Shown here piece after piece: positions 1 through 64,000 of a DNA stretch of 64,000 nucleotides. Every line of letters begins with the position of its first letter. Within the stretch, counting starts at the first letter, position 1. Source of the stretch: Camelus ferus (lineage: Eukaryota). The position numbers and the translations under genes were made by a program. The notes below the pieces were generated by a model. The model was not told the DNA's origin. It saw nothing but the letters and a program-made list of their open reading frames with translations, and did not search any database. The stretch is taken from the NCBI RefSeq assembly GCF_009834535.1, contig NC_045698.1, forward strand, positions 9,860,001-9,924,000, in the 5' to 3' direction.

Positions 1-1984
1 CTGAGCCTTGGTCACGTGGCCGTGCAAAGGCTAAGGCAGTAGGATGGTCTCTGGAAGACTATGAGAAGGCAGAGAAGGCCTTGCCCCTCCTTTTCATCAG
101 TACTGGAGCATTCCCATGACAACACGCAGAGGAACTAATGTATCACAGGAAGAGGAGAGGCAAGGTATTTTTACTGAGGCAGCGGGGGGTGGTGAAAGTC
201 ATGGCAGACCAGAAACCAGAAATATTTTTGCCAGTTCCCAGGTTTATTGGAGATTTCAAACAAATCTTAGCCTCTCTGAGCCTCAGCTGCGAGATGGACT
301 AGATGACCTGCTAACCCACAAAGCCAAAAAGTTCTTTTGAAGATCAGATTAGCTCATGCATATAAAAGTGCTTTGAAAACAATAAGGTTTCATAAAAATG
401 TTACGAACAAAAATCTCAGAGTTCAATCCCTTTCCTGTATAGGTTATCCTTTATCTAACTCGGTTTCCATCCATAAAGTAAAAAAATTATACACAAGGTA
501 ACGAATTCTTTCTCTCTGTTTTAGTAGTTGGTAAAAATGGCGAACTTTTGGATTTATTCTCCAAGCAGAACCCTACAATTTAGACCAAATAAAAGGTGTA
601 ACCACAACAACTTGAGTATCTGGATCTCCAAACCCAATGTTTAATAATTTTCAACCTTTATCCCGGCAGGTGACTATGGATCTCCATCAGTGAGACAGAT
701 CAGCAGCATGTCTGCCCTACAGGGCCGAGTCAACACTTGGTCAATGCCCAACAGGCAAGACTCTTACTCTCACGCCTAGAAATTAACTTCTGATCACTTC
801 CAGCCCAATTAAATTTCCCAAACTGGCCTCCTGCTTCTCACCTCATCTTGGTTACTCCCGAAGTTCTGTTGAGCCTCTCTGCATCACCCCTGCTTGTATC
901 TCTTCTGTTCACATCCCACCTTCTACTTCTCCCTGCTCTGCACACACTCCAGGGGAAATTCTTCTGGCTTCCCTACCTTGATGAATAGCAGTGCCATATA
1001 TCGAGTTCCTCAAGCCAGAACTAGGATGTACCAAGTCCAAAAGCTCCACCTTCCTGAGGATCTCTTAAATCTGCTCTCTTTTCTTCAACTCTCACTGCCA
1101 CCACTCATGACACCACCGCCTCTCGCTGAGATCCCTGAGTCAGCCTTCAAACCCTTCCAGCTTAGCTCCTTCCATCCACTTTCTGTACATGCAAATCCAA
1201 CATGCCTTCCCTAGTGATGACTGGTTTCCCATCATACTAGGATGAAGTCCCAATTCCTGATGACACTTTTAAAGCCCTCCATTTCTCTTCCCTTCCCACT
1301 TTCCTCCTAATCTGTACACCAGCCATATTTAACTGTTTCCAGGGCCTCAACTGGGACTTCACATGTGCTGATCCTTTTGCCTGGAACATTCTTTACTGCT
1401 CCTCTTCTCTGAGATAACTTTACCCATATTCAGGTCTCAGGTGAAACATCCCTTTCTCTAGGAAGACTTTTCTAATCATCCTCGAAACTAGGTTAGGAAT
1501 TCCCTGCCCGTGTTTCAGCAGAATCTTATCTACATTTATTTCCTTATCAGAGATAGCTGTCTACCTATCACACCTCATTTAATGAGTTGCTCAGTTGTCC
1601 CCATTGAACTGCTATAAACTCCATGATGACACAGATCTACCTTGTAGATTCTTGAAATCTGAATTAACATTTAGTAAGGATAAATCTCTTCTGAAATGCA
1701 CTAAAAGGAATACACACAATATTCATATCAAGCATAACATAAAAACAGAGAGGCAATTCTTCACTGTAACGAGATGCTGGAGTGTTTCCAAGGCAATTTA
1801 TTAACGTGAAATTTTCATGGTCCATAACAGAGGTTGAAAGGGGAAGGTGATAACTCGGCATTCAAGAAGGAAAACTAGTTATAATTCCTTCAGGTATGAG
1901 AAAAATGCATTCTTAACTCCAAGTGGCCTCTGAGAACCGTTTATCAAAATCCATTTCAGGTTAATTAGAGTGGAAGCGTGTTAC

Positions 1985-63870
<61,886 letters not shown>

Positions 63871-64000
63871 CTAGAATACAAATAAGAGATTTGTGTAGAG
63901 AATCAGAAATGACACCATGACATATGTGAATATGTCAACTCCTGGTGGTTCCCAGGGATTTATTAAAATGTCTCATTTAGTGACCTGTGTGACTAGTTGA

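Noticed and set aside
1214..1260. C/D box snoRNA (GTGATGA...CTGA)
   Set aside because: Too short, no terminal stem, antisense to the host gene, and within L2-like sequence.

Overview
Mammalian genomic DNA, AT-rich and CpG-depleted, lying entirely inside one large minus-strand gene: the axonemal outer-arm dynein heavy chain DNAH5. I reconstructed 31 consecutive GT-AG coding exons from 63870 down to 1985 (5557 nt; about exons 23-53 in human numbering, from memory). They encode the end of the tail, the linker, AAA1 (GPAGTGKT), AAA2 (GPSGAGKT), AAA3 (GEQGTAKT) and the start of AAA4 (GVGGSGKQ). The gene continues beyond both window ends. Splice phases match at every junction except for two exons, each carrying one extra base that creates a premature stop (near 47998 and 33320). 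Both extra bases can be read as G-run extensions, so consensus error is the leading explanation, with a real null allele as the alternative. Introns hold typical eutherian repeats (L1 3' ends, L2, MIR, MaLR/ERVL LTRs, Tigger/MER2, MER5A, MER53) and tRNA-derived SINEs resembling camelid Vic-1, which suggests a camel, llama or alpaca genome. Repeat family names come from recalled consensus sequences and need a Dfam check. I found no new gene system. The best leads are the two frameshifts, an L1 inserted within the 3' splice-site region of one exon, an inverted SINE pair flanking an in-frame 1200-nt exon block (circRNA candidate), and one isolated CpG-dense exon.
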